A stretch of 64,000 nt of DNA from Gemmatimonadota bacterium. GTDB taxonomy: Bacteria > JBHIER01 > G020348925. The position numbers were made by a program, and so were the translations under genes. The stretch is taken from positions 2,991,688 to 3,055,687 of the forward strand of contig CP070758.1 in assembly GCA_020348925.1 (NCBI GenBank), written 5' to 3'. This document shows positions 61,501-64,000 of the stretch, piece after piece (position 1 is the stretch's first letter; each line of letters opens with the position of its first letter). The notes under the pieces are model-generated. The model did no database searches, was not told the DNA's origin, and was given only the letters and a program-made list of their open reading frames with translations.

Positions 61501-62715
61501 TTGAGAATGCGGTGTTCACAAGTTCGAAAACTCCTCTCGCCCTACATTGACGGAGAGCTCTCCGAGAGAAAAGCCGAGAAAATCAGGGATCATGTATCCC
61601 ACTGCACCATATGTGGCGAGGCGTTACAAGCCCTTCAGAACCTCGATGCCCTGAGCAGGGAAACATATGCCCACGAGCCGTCCGAGGCGTATTGGGCCAA
61701 TTTCCTACCCCGATTGCATCGGAGGATCGAGGCAGCCCCTCCCCGATCATTCCAGGAGAAAGTTCGACATGTTTTTGGAGATATTCTCTTTCCATCGGGG
61801 CCGTGGCTCAAAGCAGCCGGAGCCGTGGCTTCAGTCGTCCTCATCTTTTTTGTCGGTCGGGCCGTGATTCAACACAAAGGAATCGATACACTGGTAACTT
61901 CCCCAGGTGAAAAGAGATTTCGGGAAAACGTCGAGCGCGTAGCCGATACTGTTCCGGAAAGAGCACAAAAAGGGGAAGTTGAGATCGAGGATAAAGAGGA
62001 CACTGCCCATCAAAAGGACGCTGCAGAGAGAGAGCCCAGTGCAGATCTTGACAGACAGGAAGAGTTCGTATCCCCTCCGGTGACTCAAAAAAGTGAGGGG
62101 ACGAAGGGATCTCCACCAGTGACGCTTGAAGCAAAGGAAACCGAAGCACCTCCCCCTGCAGCTCAAGACAGAGGTGCTGAACGCGTCTCGATTTCCCCCT
62201 CAGCTCCCAAAGAGGCGGATGAAGCGATACGAACTTATGTTGAGACTCAGAAGTCTTCAAAAAAAATGTATGCAGTGACTGGAGACGAATCACAGTTGGC
62301 CTACGAACAGGCTCTCCGGTCCCAAAAACTCGGAGAAAATGAATCGGCTTCTGCACAATTCCAATATATCCTCGATAACTACCCGAAAAGCCCGGTAGCC
62401 GACGATGCCCAGTTTCAGCTCAACTTGGCGCAAAGATCCGGCGCATTGGAATCGCAAGACTTAAGTGGCTGGCAGCAACAGCGGGACGCCTGGCGGGATT
62501 TTCTTCAGACGTATTCGAACAGCGAGTTGGCGGACGAAGCGTGCCTCAGGTTGGCAGAAAGCTGGTTCCATGTCGCCAACATGACCCTCTCAAAAGAAGA
62601 CCTCTCTCAAGCCTTGGAAGTGAATAGAAACTGCCTGATAAAGAGAAAGGGAGAAAGCGTTCTGAAAAAACAGATACAAGATCTGGAGAAGGCCCTGAAG
62701 GAACATACAGAATAA
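61501..62715 (+). CDS. Zinc-binding anti-sigma factor with TM segment, low-complexity linker and TPR-like C-terminus
   Basis: C...LLSPYIDGEL...HVSHCTIC; TM AAGAVASVVLIFFVG; NYPKSPVADDAQF and TYSNSELADEA repeats. Confidence 0.85.
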   Translation: MRMRCSQVRKLLSPYIDGELSERKAEKIRDHVSHCTICGEALQALQNLDALSRETYAHEPSEAYWANFLPRLHRRIEAAPPRSFQEKVRHVFGDILFPSGPWLKAAGAVASVVLIFFVGRAVIQHKGIDTLVTSPGEKRFRENVERVADTVPERAQKGEVEIEDKEDTAHQKDAAEREPSADLDRQEEFVSPPVTQKSEGTKGSPPVTLEAKETEAPPPAAQDRGAERVSISPSAPKEADEAIRTYVETQKSSKKMYAVTGDESQLAYEQALRSQKLGENESASAQFQYILDNYPKSPVADDAQFQLNLAQRSGALESQDLSGWQQQRDAWRDFLQTYSNSELADEACLRLAESWFHVANMTLSKEDLSQALEVNRNCLIKRKGESVLKKQIQDLEKALKEHTE

Positions 62716-62741
62716 CAGAATAGGCAGTGTCATTCTCACAT

Positions 62742-62776
62742 TCGCCGGGTTTTGAAAATAACTCGGCGATTTTTTT
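62742..62776 (+). terminator. Intrinsic terminator
   Basis: TCGCCGGGTT...AACTCGGCGA followed by a T-run. Confidence 0.65.
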
Positions 62777-63189
62777 ATTTTTGCTTATTCTCCAATTTGG
62801 TTGAAGGTTATGGCTCAAATACTATGAGCGTCTTGTAGATAATGACTTCACTTCATTTTCTTTGCTGGCCAAAGAAAATGAAGCAAAAAGAAAGGCCAGC
62901 CAAGCCTTCGCCGGGACCATCTGCGGCTCAGGTTTCAGGGCATCTGCTCTGTATCCTTCAGCGGAAAGGAGTGTGATCCTAAACGAAACGCCGAAAGGGG
63001 CTTGGTCATCATTATCGATGCTATGATATGTCAGGACTATGTTGGTCTTCAATACAGAGAGTAATGAATTCATCAAAAAAATTGGAGATGATCTTTATTT
63101 TTTTTGGAATATTTCGCCGCCTCGATGGTATGTATGAATAGATGACAGACAGAACCCTTGAACACGTTACCTGAAAGGAGGCGAAAGAA

Positions 63190-64000
63190 ATGAAAAAGGT
63201 TCTGTGTTGTGCAGCACTCATGGTCCTGATGATATCAGGACCGGTTTTGGCCGACGGGTTCATCATTCCCATACGCCCGCCCGATGTCGTCCGAGTACCC
63301 CCCTTATCCATAAAATACCATCGGGTCGAGGTGGACATCACGGACCAGGTGGCCAGAACCCGGATCGATCAGGTCTTCCTCAACGAATTCCACAGAGATC
63401 TGGAAGGAACGTACATCTTCCCCATCCCAGAGGAGGCCAGCATCTCGAAATTCTCCATGTGGGTCGACGGCGAACGCCTCGGCGGGAAACTCCTCGACAA
63501 GGAAGAAGCAAGGCGGATTTACGAGGACATTGTTCGCCGCGAACTGGACCCCGCCCTCCTCGAGTACGTCGGGCGGGATATGTTCAAAGCTCGGGTCTAC
63601 CCTCTCCCCGCCCACGGTGAAAAACGGATCACCCTGGACTACTCGGAGACGCTGCGCATGGATTCCGGTCTGTGCCAGTACCGCTATTCGCTCAACACCG
63701 AATAATTCTCGGCCAAACCTCTTCAGGAGGTATCCGTCACCGTGAAGCTTCACTCACGGCTTCCCCTCAAGACGGTCTATTCTCCGACGCATGATATTGT
63801 CGTGACCAAACAGGACGACCATCGTGCCGAAATCACTTACGTCGAAGAGCATACGAAACCTGACAAAGACTTCATACTCTACTACACCGTCTCCAGGAGC
63901 GATTTCGGTCTGAACCTGTTGACCTACCGCGAATCCGGAGAAGACGGATTCTTTCTGGCCATGATCGCCCCGAATGTCGAGATGAAGCGACACAACGTCA
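63190..64000 (+). CDS. Secreted VIT-domain protein (probably VIT-vWA), partial, with an in-frame TAA at 63703-63705
   Basis: Signal peptide, ADGFII, LEGTYIFPIP, ARRIYEDIVR..DPALLEY. The frame continues after TAA (FSAKP...YSPTH...DF.LYY...DGFFLAMIAP) to the window edge. Confidence 0.85.

Noticed and set aside
62845-63000. Hairpin TTCATTTTCTTTG...CAAAGAAAATGAA as an ncRNA
   Set aside because: Looks like a small repeat remnant; single copy here and no further supporting structure.
1-64000. tRNA or rRNA genes
   Set aside because: No cloverleaf or rRNA-like sequence was recognised in any intergenic region by eye.

Overview
Bacterial genomic window, probably from an uncultured FCB-type lineage. 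This is an inference from the rplM-rpsI-rpsB-tsf-pyrH-frr order and many secreted proteins ending in a YPNPFN...MVLMK sorting domain. Housekeeping content: pyrR-pyrB-pyrC with a PyrR attenuator, the translation cluster, pepD, arsM, purL/purQ, an RND efflux operon, folE with a pterin synthase, and an ECF sigma/anti-sigma pair. Accessory content: an IS256/Mutator-like element, a trimeric fibre-like protein, two amidohydrolase-fold proteins lacking the HxH motif, and an AT-rich, partly decayed island (~52.4-60.5 kb) with two REC-AraC/operator modules. The best candidate for an undescribed system is a set of at least seven coding segments for secreted proteins with dockerin modules, five of them also with cohesin-like modules. 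Their identifiable catalytic domains are an S8 peptidase, an M64 peptidase and an SxxK serine hydrolase, not cellulases. The set also includes a thrombospondin-repeat scaffold whose cohesins are inserted inside Ca-binding repeats, and a minimal cohesin-dockerin adaptor. This suggests a self-assembling extracellular proteolytic complex. Caveats: a 100-N scaffold gap (20836-20935) breaks one gene model, several in-frame TAA stops and 1-nt frameshifts may be consensus errors, and all domain calls come from motif reading, not database searches.
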